A stretch of 62,939 nt of DNA, filler included, from Neolecta irregularis DAH-3 (lineage: Eukaryota), in assembly GCA_001929475.1 (NCBI GenBank). It is 4 parts of 4 records of this genome, joined end to end, with 100 filler letters (N's around TTAATTAATTAA, not from the genome) between each part and the next. Parts side by side here need not be neighbours in the genome. Positions count along the whole stretch, not along the records: positions 24,660 to 54,776 come from LXFE01000678.1; 3 more parts are not named here. One strand, given 5' to 3'. The number at the start of each line of letters is the position of its first letter. Position 1 is the first letter of the stretch. Position numbers and translations under genes: made by a program. This document shows positions 37,246 to 51,221 of the stretch, piece by piece. The notes beneath the pieces are model-generated. The model had not been told where the DNA came from. It did not search any database and worked only from the letters and a program-made list of their open reading frames with translations.

Positions 37246-39047
37246 ATGGCAGATGAACTCTGCGTCACCACCAAAATTCCGATGTTCCCAGACGAGGTTT
37301 TGTTGCATATATTCGAGCATCTCGATTCGAGGACATTGTGTCGATGTTGTTTAGTTTCCCACCAATATCACCGGATTGCATCTTCGGATGGCTTGTGGAA
37401 GACACTGTTGCGTAAAGAGTAAGCAGCCTATAGCGCTAGCTATTGACCTGATTAGATATAAGTTTTGGAATTCTCCACCTGATTGGTCTGAAAAATTCCG
37501 GTATAAGGATGTTTTCAACCATAGAAAGTATACAGATCGTCAAGTTCAAAAGTCTCTGGAACAAATTATACAGTCATCCATTGGTCGTATAACTAATTAC
37601 CATCATATCGCGAACCGCTATAACTACGATGCCATCGACATATTACTACAAAACCATTACCTCAAAGGTTCAGATATTCTCACGAGGAAATATTATTCTC
37701 GAAGCCTCGTGCATTATCTTCGGAGGCGCAAAGCCTTTTCTGTTTGGTCTTCCTTGGTCACCGGAACTGAAATACCAAACTTTGATATTACTGTGTCATA
37801 TTTTTCCCATTTCTATGGAACCGATTGTATTGAAGTACCAATCTGCCTGTTACTCATATACCAAACCTTTAGATTTCTTCAAAGCTTGATACGCTGACAA
37901 AAAATTTCAAAGAGGAATACCTTGATGAATTCGAAGCCTCTAGCCTCGATCAAAAATGTGGAATTATCGGTGCCTTCATGAACCAACGTGGGATCTCTGG
38001 AGCAACGGGCGCAGATTACTACCGAATAGAAAATAGCTTCATCCATTTCGCCTTGAATCGTGTTCCGACACTCCCAATTACTCTCGCTGCGATATTTTGC
38101 GGTATCGCTCGCAGGCTTGAAATTCATGCAGCCCCAGTTGATTTTCCCGGCCACGTTTATGTTACCGTCTCCGAAACCGCTGATTTCCGCAACAATATTT
38201 ACATTGACATCTACAACGTAGGTCGGCTGATCTCAAGATTAGAACTTGAACAATCACTCGCATCCATTGGAGAACCTCCTAGCCCTATATACCTTTCCCC
38301 AGCTTCGGCAATCGCTATGATTCGCCGAGTTTTTCGGAATATTATCAACAGTATACAGCAAGGCGAGGATTCCCGGAACGGGAAACCACTGGCATTATAC
38401 TCTGCAATTGCGGCCTTGTTGACTATGAATAATGAAATTGATGAAAGAACAAGAGATATATTTGCTTCCATCATTCAGAACCATTTTCCCATGGGTAACA
38501 GTTGTTCAAGTTTGAATCACTTATTTCAAGACGTCGATATACTTGAACAAGTAATATCACGACTACAAAATTTCAACGATACAGGCGAATTATCTTCACA
38601 ATGTCGTTCGATTAGAAGTAATGACAATACTCCGCTCCCTATACATCGTCGTCAAAATACATCTTTAATCTCGTATCGAATAGGTGATGTGTTCCAGCAC
38701 AAACGATATTCATATGTTGCCGTAATTACTGGATATACCGAAGTGTGCAATACAGGTGACTCTGGAGTTTCACCAAATTTTAATATCTAGCCGAGGAGTG
38801 GATTAGAGCGATGCGAATTGACGAACTGAATAGGGGTCGCGATCAACCATTCTATCATGTAATAGCAGAGGATGGAAGCTCCCGTTATGTGGCCGAGGAG
38901 AACATTCGTCCTATCAACGATATTGCTTCGTGTGAAATTTTTCAAGATCTCGAGGATATTGGAAAATACTTCAGAAGATTCAATCAAGAAACTGGTCGTT
39001 TTGTTCCAGCTCCAGACCTTGAGATATCTTATCCAGATGATATCTAG
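37246..39047 (+). CDS. F-box + transglutaminase-like (SirB1) + YccV/HspQ domain protein (FBXO21-like)
   Basis: F-box FPDEVLLHIFEHL, LPITLAAIF..IARRL......FPGH, YRIGDVFQHKRYSY.AVITG...QPFYHV...DGSSRYVAEENI...IGKYF.RF. Confidence 0.85.
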
Positions 39048-39090
39048 AGCATGCGGTGGACATCCAAATTCCCCATCTATGTGTATTATA

Positions 39091-40339
39091 TTATTGTATA
39101 GTACTTTGAGAGTTTAGCTTGGCAAATGATATGCACCGAGGAAGCGGTATGGATTCGGAGACTGATCTTAAAAATTCAAACATATGGGAGCGTAATTCGC
39201 CAATTGGATTATTTCGAGCGACTTTTAATAAATGCTGATTAAACACAGAAGGATCTTCCGGTATAATCTCACAAATTAGTCAAAGGGATAGAATTCCGGA
39301 AACGAACCTCTGTGATTAGAGCTCTTTTTGATTTTACAAAATAGTCTTTGGCTTCATCTTCCATGAGCGAGAAGATGTCTACAATGGTTTCTCCATTCGC
39401 AGTAATTCTTTCTCGAGAGAGGGCGATATCAATCACAGAAAAATCAGCTTCCGAGTTACAAAGAAGACCTTCAAGGATCGTCTGGCAGTTAAAGTATGAT
39501 CTTGAGATGAATTACCAACATGTTTCGCTAACAACATGAATAAATCGATCCAACTATTAGTAAAGCCAGCATGCACTTTCTCAAAAACCATTGTACTGAC
39601 CACAAAGAATTCCTTTAGAGCATCTCTAAGACAAAGATCGGATTTGGGCCTAGATCGACATGTCTGGCAGCGTTTTATTCGATGTGATCGGCATAACAAA
39701 TTTCGGGGACGTAAATTCTCTTGAAGCTTTGCGCGTAGTTTCGAGTCAAGCACTGGGCTCAATTCATTATTCTTCAACGGCCCTTGAGACCGCTGCAGTG
39801 TCGCTCTTTGTGGAACCGCAAGATCTACTGGTGGCGTGTCACGGGAGATTTGTATATCAAGGAATGATGAAGACAGCGCGCAAACGAGACGCAAAATATG
39901 TAACCGGCGACATATTATATCCTTGTAAGCTGCAGGAACATCAGCACGATTNNNNNNNNNNATGTCACGGGAGATTTGTATATCAAGGAATGATGAAGAC
40001 AGCGCGCAAATGAGACGCAAAATATGTAACCGGCGACATATTATATCCTTGTAAGCTGCAGGAACATCAGCACGATTGGCATGTATAAGGAGATCTAGTC
40101 ACAGTCAGCAACGATCGTGAAACTACGTTTCAACCATTAGCGATGGAAAGGAAATGGGATATGTCAATGTCAATGTCAATGTCCGGTCGCATCTCATTGT
40201 CAAGCTTAGTTTCATAGGACCCCTGTAGACGGCCAAAAAGCAGTTCCATTGCTTCATATAACGAGTAATCGACAATGGCAAAATTGATACTAGATGCCGG
40301 TGTTGTGCTCGTGATCGAAGAGTCTGGAAGCATTGACAT
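39091..40339 (-). CDS. Hypothetical fungal protein (3 introns; interrupted by a gap-duplication at about 39837-40077)
   Basis: Short GT-AG introns join open exons: CRSHRIKRCQTC...WIDLFMLLAKH|TILEGLL...HLLKVARNNP...FEFLRSV. Stop at 39091-39093. Confidence 0.6.
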
Positions 40340-40443
40340 GTAATGTGCTCTCCCTACGACTGCATTCTTATTTCAATATCGCCATGAAGTATATTTACAT
40401 TATAACTGTAGAGAGAATAGAATAACTAAAAGGATACTGAAAT

Positions 40444-43139
40444 TCAATATGGAGAATCCACCACACTATTTCGAAGATTACTTCGCAACGGGCGTAAGGG
40501 TGTGGCGAGTGACTGCCTTGTAGGTCGAACAAATGATTTCTTGTCGACTATCGAGACTGAGAGACGGGAGGTCAACTCTAATTCATAGGAAATGCATACC
40601 ATCATTTGACAAAGTAACAATTACATTGTTGTCCGATCCAAATTTGAAGTTCTCCGCTTTGACCTTCAAAGTTAATTTCACATTTAGAGTTTATGTTTGT
40701 ACCTCTTCGCCATAGCTTTTGATGTGATACTTGTTAGTAATACCCTGTTTGACTTGCTCAAAATTCCAGGAGATAACGTACGGTCCGGAGCTCGTTACAA
40801 TGGTCGTTTCCTTGACATCTGGTCCCGTGTTGAACTTGGCAGTCGTGAAGCTGAGGGCAGATGTTTGCTGCATCATCGCAACATGTTGGGGCTTGAGCTG
40901 TAAACGCCTTGGACGAGGCTTACTATCCTTTGCAAAGCTTCGCTCAAAACCTAACTTCCCTTCGTATCTGCCTTCTTTAATCGTAGCGTCAATAATGAGA
41001 AGATAGGTTTTACAAGTTGCAAGAACCCAGCCACCGTTTGCAGTGACATCAATTCCAATAATAGGTTCTCCAAGAGGCATCAATAAACTCTTCGCATTAA
41101 TACCGAGCCGATCAAAAAGTCGGATATCCCCTTTATTGGAGGCTACAGCGATATATCCTTGTTCTGTAGTAGCAGTGGTTGAGAAATCATTCTTAGAAAC
41201 GTAGCTTTTGTGTTCAGAGTTAACGAGCTTGTTCCCAGACAAGCGCGGATCGATTCTAAACAAGCCGTTTTGCGAAATCCCAATCACTGTGTGCTCTGAT
41301 GTCATCTGTGCAAACTTGTTGTCTGGAGTGAAATCTTTAACGGTAATGTCTTCATCTACTTTCCATTCATCAACAACTTTCCCTGTTTCGAGATCCATCT
41401 TGTAAAGGCTCTGAGGGTTATCAGGATTCTGAAGAATCATGGCAGAATCTTCTTGATGGAGCAGAACCTAAAGGTCAACAAAGATGACGAAAGAACATGT
41501 ACTTTAGCAGGATTGAAGTCTTTGCCATTCATATCCGCAACTTTGTTGATGGTGGTTGCGAATTTGAGTCGATTATCGTTGGTGTGTTTGAATACACCGA
41601 TTTTATTCCCACGCACGACAAATGAACGATTGTGTTTGTATCCAACGGCCAACTGACTGTTTTCACCTTCCCCACCCACTCCTTCAGTTTCGGAATCGGA
41701 CACTTCGCTTTGAAGAGCTGCAATATAAGCCAAGCTAAGGATGCTATTGTACCGTCCTCAAATTCATCGGTCTCTGACTGAGCAGAAGTCTCTTCTTCGT
41801 CAGGCTGGTCAATGTCCATTGCATCGTCATCTCTGAAGGCATCCATGACGTAATCCCGCTCTTCGCCTTTGTTCTTGGACCATTTAGTTTCATTCAGCAT
41901 TTCCCATAATGCACGCATTAGACCTTCCTGGAAGATCTCTTCGGTCTCTATATCTGGGAATCGCAGAAGCCAAGAATAGGCTTTGTTATTCTCGTCATAA
42001 TAGTTCCATATAAAACACAATTGTTCCTATCGTTAGTATAACTTTTTAGAAATCGACAAACGTAGTTGAAGACAGGCGACATTTCGGGAAGGATTTCCAT
42101 TTCAAGCCAAGGTCGCCCTTGACTTTGAATTGAAAGCCAGTCTGGGATGTAAGTAAGGCTTGTGAAGTAGGCGCGTGCATTTCCACTCTCCGATTTCAGA
42201 CACTGTTGCAATGACGCGCTTTTCCTGCAGAACAAACAGGCCTTCGGTCGGATCAAATAGGTGAAGTTCTGCTCCAACCTGAGCGAGAGTCTCGCCCTGT
42301 TCAGGTGCATCAAGGACTATAGGTGCAATAAATGTTTTCTCCCTACGTCGTACCGCTTTGGTGGGAAATCTTTTCTCTGGATTGGGAGAATATCTTGGTG
42401 CTGGAGCACTGAAATCTTCCGGCGTCGAGGGCCTCTCCGGGGAATCACTGGCCTCTTAGATATCTGTAAACATAGGTGAAATACGCGTAACTGAATTGCC
42501 GTAAATCTACCTCTGTAGCAAAGGTATGGGATTGGCGATATTTCCTTTCATACATACACTGGTAGGCAACCATTTCAAAAGCATAGCAGGTCTCAGGGGG
42601 AGTAGATCCATCGCATAAAAATTCATAACGATCGCCGTAATCCTGACTTCAGTTGAAGAACAATACAAGAAAAAGGTACTCCGGATAGGTCTTTCCAGCT
42701 GAAAGTGGTTCCTTCCTCATTGACGACTACTCTTAAATCAAGCGACTGATCTATAAGAAAAACTTTCTCTGCGGAATCTGATCGGTAAGCTTCGATCTGA
42801 TTACAAATTTTACCCTCAGAGCTGACGTCATCTTCACTTATCTCTTCTTCGCCTTCTTCATATGCCCGCTGAATCACCAGATGATAATGATAATGAGTAG
42901 ACGTCCGTCGAACAGAGGCAACAGCGTCTTTGAAACTGCAGCATCAATATCTTTCGGTTTCATTTTCCGAATACTTACATACATTCGCTGGAACCCTTAG
43001 GAGAACTAGGCCGTACAAGAAACAGTTGGCCCGCAGGTATTTGCACAACTTCGGTTTTATTTGGATCACCTAAAGCAGTAAATACAATGACAAAAGATAA
43101 AGTATAACCCCAGATGTATTTTCCAAGTTTCTTGAGCAT
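40444..43139 (-). CDS. VID27: Vacuolar import and degradation protein Vid27; many introns
   Basis: MLKKLGKYIWG, GQLFLVRP.SPKG..ECIF, NSQLAVGYKHNRSFVVRG, LYKMDLE.GKVVDEW, AVASNKGDIRLFDRLGINAK. Confidence 0.92.
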
Positions 43140-43395
43140 TTCCATGATTGGCAAATCTTGGAGGTGAGCCGATAACCTTCAAGTATAAAAAAGCGCGCGG
43201 GAACTTCAAAATTTTCGAGAACATCAAATGTATGCATTAATCTATTACGTGCAAGTTCTCTTGTCAGGATCAACATGCTCTTGCTCTATGTACAATTTTG
43301 CGCCATCAAATCCAGCCTTATAAATTATTCGCTTATATAAAGGAAGCGCGAATGCTAATGTCACAAGTATAAATCACATGAACTGCACAATAGTG

Positions 43396-44836
43396 TCAAG
43401 TTTTAGCCTTCTTTCCGGAGCGGGTAGCTGGGTGATTAGTGTATGTGCTGAAAGACTTCATACACTTTTCTGCTTCCACGGCATTGTCATCCTTTTCCGT
43501 CATTACACTTTCACGCCGACGTTTTACTCCATTTGGACTCGTACTTTTACAATCCTTGGGCGATATCTGAATAGATGAGCCATTCTGTGAGGGCCCAGGC
43601 CCGTTCAACGTGATAGATGTATTAAGATGCTGGAGGTGAGGGGACGGTGATGGAGCTGAAGGTGATGATCCATTCTGTCCTAGACCATGCATGGACATTT
43701 GCAATGAACTGGCAAAATTTCGCAATGAGGTCGTCGGTGCAGCATCCTGGCTTGCGGAAAAGCTCATGAGCTCTCGCATATATGAAAGACTTTCAACAAT
43801 CTAAAAGCTTTAGACATACTAATCAAAGTTCTACCTCTAAGCAACGCATTGCTTTGGGTGTAATCCCGAAATCATTTACGAGACTCTCGGGTATCCGAAT
43901 CTCTTCCGATACTTGGCTATGCCGTCTAGTATTGGTGCTTGGGGTGGGGGAACTCTCGACACTTGTGGGGACCGGAGACGGTTTACACAGTATGTTCCGA
44001 GGAATTAATTCAAAGTGGCTTTGGGTTAAGAAATCGAAAGTATCAATCCTCATGACCCCAGGGAGATAAAATACCCTTAAATGACCGGCGACTGTGACCT
44101 ACCATAAATCATTGATTCAAGAAAAATATGTGAAATACCTGAATCCCGTTCTCGAACCAGTAGATAATGCTTGCGCGTGGACATTCAACGAGAAGCATGC
44201 CCGTAGGCAACATAAAGTCTCTCGGTCCGTCTAAAAGCAACTGCATTTGACGAATTCCGCTTTCATGGTTCATAAGAAAGTAGCGGGGTAAAATCCCACT
44301 GGGAATTTCTACTTTGTTTAGCAAAATTGAGCGAATCCTAAAAAGATTTACCAAAAAGTCTTTGGTCTTTTGTGGTTGAATGATATGAAGTGTATCGCAT
44401 AACGGCGTTATCCATGAAATAATCGCCAATGACTTTCTTCCAATAGGCTATGTTGTGTCTATGCTATTCGATGAATGAAGATCGTTTGTAGGGGATGATT
44501 TACTTCCCTGCACCCGCTCAACGCTTCGCCAAACTGATGCAATCGAAGAACACCGCTGTTGACAGCTGGTCTTAGCCTGTATATCGTAAAAATCTCGGGA
44601 AATATGATGCTTGGAAAAACATACTGCGTTGCAGGCGCGCTAGGATTCATAGCCATTTGATTGGATAGCGACGCTTGAGAAAAGCCAGGCGCAATATTCT
44701 GGACCTGGCTCCTGGCCAGCATCTGCTGATGCTGACGAGCTTGCATCTGGGCTTGGATCATGGCGGGGTGCAAGTTTTGCGAAAATTGCTGCATCATTGC
44801 AGAGTTATGTGGACCGGAGCCTGGTGGAGCAGTCAT
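43396..44836 (-). CDS. LIM-domain-binding family transcriptional co-regulator (Mfg1/PtaB/Adn1-like); start uncertain
   Basis: Q-rich N-terminus, VLRLHQF.E.LS, YWKKV..DYF, FEIP..ILPRYF, VNDFGITPKAMRCLE...MRELM.FS. Confidence 0.8.
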
Positions 44837-45017
44837 GATGTGGAAGATACAATATCGAATATTTATCCGTGAATCGAGATATGGGGATCTGCGGTTGGTT
44901 TTGGTGGCGGAAGAGGAACTTCTGTTGTACTGCTCACATCCGGAAAATTACTCAACTACAATTTTATACAATTAAATATCCATTAAGTGCTTATTGATTG
45001 CGGGGTATTTCAAAAGT

Positions 45018-46477
45018 TCAATGACGAGGCGGACCGCGACCGTGATTCGGGGTCCATGCACCCAGCGACTCATTCGCGTAAAAGTCCATAGGATAGGTCT
45101 GCTGCCATTCTACTTGTCCAAGTGCAACAGAGAACTCATAAGGCGAAAGTAGCGGCTTTGTAAAGGCATACCCCCAGTCAATAGACAACCGAGGGCATGC
45201 AATCTGAACCCATGCATCAACATCTTCGAACTGATCTAGCTTCGAGGGAAAAATCTCGGAGAGTAGGACGATAATATGCACCATTCCAGCACGACGAATT
45301 TGTGTTTCCAAATTCTTAGGTCAGTTAGAGACAAGAGATCAGTTCTCTACCTCAAGTACTCTAAGGCTTCCTTGCCTTCCAAGAGTACCGAGAATCAATC
45401 CAATTTTTTTCGAATGACGTGTTTTGGCTATAGCGTCTTGTCTAAGTTCATACATTTCATCATGTCCGTATTTTTCGTGTGTGAAAGATCGAGCATAGGG
45501 GTCATAGCAATAGGCAGTAACAGTTGGGTTTGCGATCATAATTGACTCAAGATGGAACCTTCCATCTCCAACATAAACAATTAGGTCGATGTCTTTGCCA
45601 AGTTTAGGAGCTGTACAGCCTAAAATTTCTCCCGGTGAAAGTGGCTTGGCTTGTGGTATAGTAATGCGAAATCCAGAATGTGATTCAGTCCGTGTTTCGA
45701 GGTCATCACGTACTGAGTGTAGAGTTGCAACAAACTGTATCGTGCCAACTAATGCAATACTCGTTTCTGCAGGTATATTATGACGCAAAGTCGATACTAG
45801 GTGGTTTGTATCAAAGGCAATATCCACGAATATGTAGAGAGTTTTGATTGGCGTTACATCTACTGGAACCAAACAAGAATGGCCATAGTGGACAAGGAAG
45901 TCGCACCCCAAGGCTCGTGCGGTGAAATCGTCGATACAACAAGCTCCATAAGTCACGTCCCCCATAACGAGGCTTTCAGCATCACAGAACCTTGTTATCA
46001 ACTAAGCTACAGGATATGATACCGTTCAAGGATGTCGGCGATTGTACACGCGAACATCAAAAGTCCTTCAGGCATTTGTAGCGCTACTGAAAATGTTAGG
46101 CATAACATTGTTCAAATCCGAACCCCTCTTTGCATTCACGCGTCGAATATGCCATACCGTTTTATGAATCTCGAGGTTATAGTTGGTAGGTAGCTGAAAA
46201 ACAATTAGTTCATGCACGGCTTTGTAACAAACAAGATCTATGGCCTTATTCAGTTCTGGGTCTTCCAGAATTTCTTTTGGAATCTGGTTAACAGCTCTTG
46301 CACATCTCTCCGACTTTTCTAAACAATCAGCCGCCAAGAAAACGACAATGTACTGGATATAACAACTGCGCCATTTCCAATGCTCTCGTCGCCATTAAAG
46401 GCCTTTAAGCGGACAGCAGCAGCATGTTTCCTTCCTATAAAACGTTTTCTCGCTGGAGGTGTACTTTCATTAGTCAT
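45018..46477 (-). CDS. DPH1: Diphthamide biosynthesis protein Dph1
   Basis: [73 protein letters not shown]. Confidence 0.95.
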
Positions 46478-46587
46478 ACTGCTGTCGAAACTAAAAAAGA
46501 CACCAGTAAACGTCGCTGCACGTGATTCAAGATCACTGTTGTCACACTTCCCCACTCCTCTGTTCGATATATATACAGTTTTCGCCG

Positions 46588-47680
46588 ATGCCTCCGATAA
46601 AATATCCCAGACCGACAGGCCACAACCTACTGCCGCCCCAGGTTTTAAGGCCAAAATCCCACGAGTATGTTCGTATTGTAGATGTGAGTGTGAGAGACGG
46701 CCTTCAGAATGAACGCGGATTTGTACCTACAGAAATTAAGTGTGAATTGCTTGATCGTCTGACCCGGACGGGATTGGAAGCTATCGAGGCTACAAGCTTT
46801 GTATCTCCGAAGTGGGTCCCCCAGGTATTCAACTGTGGAGACTTCATGTGCTCACTGTTCAGCTTGCTGATGCTCGAAAAGTCATGGGGCATATTAAACG
46901 AGCCCATTCCGCTTCGAAAATCCGATTTCCTGTCCTTGTCCCTAATAAAGGAGGGTTGGAATCTGCCCGTGCTGCTGGGGCCACGGAGATTGCAGTATTT
47001 GCTTCCGCAAGCGAAGGGTTTAGTCGAAAAAACATCAATTGTTCGATCGAAGAAAGTTTGAGAAGATATAAAGAAGTGTGTCTGTTGGCGTTACAATATG
47101 GAATGAAAGTGAGAGGTACTACTGGATGCTGTTCAAGGTAATTTATCAGGGTACGTAAGCTGCGTTATTGCTTGCCCGTACGATGGTCATACACCTCCGG
47201 AAAACGTACTACGAGTATCACAATCCCTTCTAGACATGGGCTGCTTCGAAATATCTTTAGGAGACACAATTGGTGTCGGAACACCAGGTATCTGGCTTAT
47301 CTCTATTGGCTTAACGATAAGCAACGATTGGAATTCTGTTGAATTATCTCCTCAAAACAATTCCGTCACATAGCCTAGCAGGCCATTTTCATGATACATA
47401 TGGGCAGGGTGTTGCTAATGTCGTCAAAGCTCTTGAAATGGGAATTCGAACGTTTGATGCAAGTGTGGGTGGGCTAGGTGGGTGCCCCTTCGCAAAAGGG
47501 GCAACGGGCAACGTTGCTATGGAAGATGTTCTCTATTGTTTGCATAGTATGGGCTTTAAAACCGGTGTGAATTTGGAAATGGTTGCGGATATTGGAGACT
47601 GGATTTCGAAAACCTTGGCCAGGAACAATTCCTCGAGGTGTGGGACTGCTTTGGTAAACAGGCGGAGGGCGAAATTATAA
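46588..47680 (+). CDS. Hydroxymethylglutaryl-CoA lyase
   Basis: [61 protein letters not shown]. Confidence 0.93.
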
Positions 47681-47764
47681 CATCGAAGTCTAGACGCTAG
47701 TTATTATGTAACTGACTATGTTGGAGGTCAGGAGACGTTAAATGTGATTATGCGATTGCCAAGA

Positions 47765-49228
47765 CTACATGACTGAGAATGCCTCTTCTATAATATCTAG
47801 CCCATTCCGCAAAGGTTCTGGTTCAATATTCAGGGGAGGAATGATCCGTAGTGTATTGTTGCCGGCAGATATGATCAAAAGACCGCGTTCCCGACACAGG
47901 TCAATGAAATGCGTTGGGTCAACAGATAACTGCACGCCAAGCAAAAGACCTCTTCCCCGAATCTCGGTTATCAGCGAGGGAAATCGATATTGTAGACGTC
48001 GTAATCGAGAAGTAATAACATCACTTGATTGTTGAACTGACTGTAAGAGTTCGGTTGAAGATAGACGCGAGAATGTATGATGAGCAACTCGACAGGCGAG
48101 TGGGTTCCCTCCAAACGTGGTGCCTTGACGTCAATGGATATGTTTCAGTCATTGTCACCATGATCTCCAATCTTGATAGCCTCTGCTACATCTTCACCTA
48201 CGAGAATAGCGCCGATTGGGAATCCATTTGCAAGTGATTTGGCCATCGTTAAAACATCTGGCTGGATATATTTCGGTAAGTATTGGTGAGCCCATAACTT
48301 TCCTGTTCGCCCGAGACCACACTGAAGAATCAGTGGTGAATTATCAGGCCTTACCTGAATCTCATCAAAAACAAGTACTGCGCTCACCTGAGTACATCTT
48401 TCCCGCAAGGCCCCCAAAAACTCAGCCGATCCTTGATATACTCCACCTTCGCCCTGAATAGGTTCAACTATGACACCACATGTTTCTTCCGTGACAAGCT
48501 CAGCAATGCCTTCAGCTTTATTATATTCTCCGACCACGAAACCAGGAACCATTGGAGCAAAAGGTGCTTGATATTTTGGATTTGGGGTTGCACTTAGGGA
48601 ACCCATCGTTCTACCATGAAATGAATTCGTGAAGGATACGATCTTATGTTTTTTCACATCGCCGATTAATTTTCCCACTTTCCTACAAAATTTGATTGCC
48701 CCTTCGTTTGCCTCTGTTCCGCTGTTGGCGAAGAAGACTTTGGAAGCCTTCTGCATTCCACCTGATAGTCTGGTTGTCTCAACAATAAGCCTTGCAAGCT
48801 CTCCAGCCTGGGACGCATGATATAAATTGCTGACGTGAATTAACTTGAGAGCTTGATCGTGAATGATGGCGGCGATCGTTGGATCAGCATGTCCAAGAGC
48901 ATTTACAGCAATTCCGGCAGTGAAGTCAATATAGCGCCTTTGGTTCTAATTAGCTCGTGCGGCCAAGAGATGGAAGATTCCTGTTTTCCAAGTCCCATAA
49001 ATATGCACCTTTACCCCGCGTGAATACAACATTTGGACGAGTATATGTGGTCAACACGAATTCAGAATTATCCTTGATCAATTTTGCAGATGGCGAATTA
49101 TCAGACGGATCTGGATGCGAGACTTTTCTAATCAACTACGAACAATGAGAAAACAGCCTTCTTCATGAGAACCAAACTATCGACCTTTGAAGTATTTTGG
49201 CTAGATGAGTAAAGTGCTGATTGAGCAT
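47765..49228 (-). CDS. ARG8: Acetylornithine aminotransferase, mitochondrial
   Basis: YIDFTAGIAVNALGH, NSGTEANE, SFHGRTMG, VEPIQGEGG, DEIQCGLGRTG, MAKSLANGFPIG, HGTTFGGNP. Confidence 0.93.
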
Positions 49229-49504
49229 GACTCAGCCTTATCTGCGACCTTAAATTTAATTCACCAAGATCTTGGAGGCAGAATCTTCGAAATGAATGGA
49301 TCATTATTTCAAGGATAGAAAGTAGTGGTAGTGCTCAGTGAAGTACAAGTTCCAGGCTAAGAGTGCGTTCGCCAGTCACTATTTTGACCCAAATATGACG
49401 TTTTGACGTAGTATTCCATATTCCATAATAACGTTGCGTTCGGCGCCACAACTATTCCAACTTCATTTTCTCATATGCGGCTTAGAAACCCGAGAAAAAA
49501 ATCC

Positions 49505-49547
49505 AGACCATGGGCCGGGTTAGCCCCATGGCCCGTCCCCAACACTG
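49505..49547 (-). mobile_element. hAT-like DNA transposon terminal sequence (remnant)
   Basis: Minus strand CAGTGTTGGGGACGGGCCATGGGGCTAACCCGGCCCATG matches 51560-51598 at 31 of 39 positions. Confidence 0.5.
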
Positions 49548-49717
49548 CTTCAGTTATAACAAGCTGACCCGTTGTAACTCGATCACGTAGCAAGTGATAC
49601 CTACTTGCAGTATCTGATGTGGCAGTTATATATTCAAAATGGGATATTAGAATTTGTTTCATGCAGTTATATATCGCAAGTCTGATTAGTGAAACCAACC
49701 TAGCCTGGGACTGCATC

Positions 49718-50869
49718 TCATTCCAACCCGCTAATCATCACCTTCAGTACATCATTTCCATCCTTGACCGTCTCAAACGCTTTCACCGCCTCCTTGAATG
49801 AAAAGCGATGTGTGATCATCATCTTCAAATCCACTATTCCATCACTCACAAGTCGTAAGCTTTCACGATAGCAACCCTCAGAGTATCGAAATGAACCTAC
49901 AAGAACGATACCTTTGGAGATGAGTGTCGTTATCGGAAAAGAAATCATCTAGAATTAACCACGCCACCATTTCACAAACCTCTTTGCCCATTCCAGCTTG
50001 GACGAATCGTCCTGCGCGTTTCAAGACATATATTCCTGTTTGTATACACGCCTCTGCTCCAGTGGCATCGATGGCTACATCCGCACCGTCGCCCAGGGAA
50101 AACTTCTCTATAATCTGTTTTGCCGTTTCTTCTGATGTCCCTTTACCAGGCACAAACACTTCCGCACCGCCAAACCTTTTCGCGTATTCGAGTTTTGAGG
50201 AAACCAGATCAACACTGATTATCTTTCTTGCGCCATATGCTCTGGCAACGGCGGCAACGACAAGTCCAATCGGACCAGCTCCAAAGATAACCACAACATC
50301 TCCGCCCTTCACATTTCCACGCTTACAAATTTCCACACCAACACTCAACGGCTCAATCAGCGCGCCTTCTTCAAACGTGACGTGGTCAGGTAACTTGTAG
50401 CAGAAATCCTCTGGCGCCAAGTAATATTTTTGCAGTGTTCCGTCAACTGGCGGTGTTGCCGCAAACGTGAGTCTCGGACACAATGCATAATTCCCAGATT
50501 TACAGTATACACATCGACGGCATGGAAAACCTGGTTCGACTGCAACTCGATCGCCAGGTTTCAATGATTCCACTTCTTTGCCAACGCTGTGAACAATTCC
50601 ACTTGATTCATGGCCTAAAATCATAGGATCCTGAACGATGAAATCTACGTTAGATTAGATTGTATGTTCAAGATACCTCCGATTCGACCCTTAGTCCAGT
50701 AATGTATATCGCTCTATTTTCAGACCAGATCAAGGCAGAATTGTACGCCGCATATCCCAGTCTGCTTAATATGTACTTTGACGTAATATGGGTCATCTAG
50801 TTCCGGCTCGGCAGAGTCTTTAATTTGCAAGACATTTGCTTTTTGAAGGATGACTGCTGGGGAGGACAT
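49718..50869 (-). CDS. Zn-dependent polyol (xylitol/sorbitol) dehydrogenase; 3 introns
   Basis: TGICGSDIHYW..GRIG.F, LGHESSG, structural Zn site CRRCVYCKSG.Y.LC, EGALIEPLSV, GAGPIG, GSFRY. Confidence 0.92.
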
Positions 50870-51166
50870 CCTTGGTGGTTGACGATTGTGGAGAAGATGA
50901 ATCATTTAAATAGGGGGCTGATCCGATCCTGTGAAACGTCGTATTTCTCCCTTTGATCCATGGATTAGGCTGTGATTATGTTGTTTTTGAATACAAAAAG
51001 TTGATTCATGTCTCAATCTGATCATCGAACTGTCTGAAATACACGAGGTGTACTGATGACCACACATGATAACTGTAAGGATATACCCAACCGGTATACC
51101 TTACCAATACAGTAACCAGGCGTTGGTGGCATAAGAAGCGGAGTATATATTTATATACTAGCCTGG

Positions 51167-51221
51167 GTTACAACACTTTGGCTAGGTATGTCCCTGTACG
51201 GAGTTACAACACTTAGGCTAG
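51167..51221 (+). repeat. Pair of 19-bp direct repeats (GTTACAACACTTwGGCTAG) with a 17-bp spacer
   Basis: 51167-51185 and 51203-51221, one mismatch. Confidence 0.8.

Noticed and set aside
49569-49742. A/G differences between duplicate copies as RNA editing
   Set aside because: The sequence is genomic and the changes go in both directions; allelic variation is simpler.
46588-50869. Metabolic gene cluster (HMG-CoA lyase, ARG8, polyol dehydrogenase)
   Set aside because: Unrelated primary pathways; no backbone enzyme, transporter or regulator.
51167-51221. CRISPR-like repeat-spacer-repeat
   Set aside because: Only two short repeats, eukaryotic context, no cas genes.
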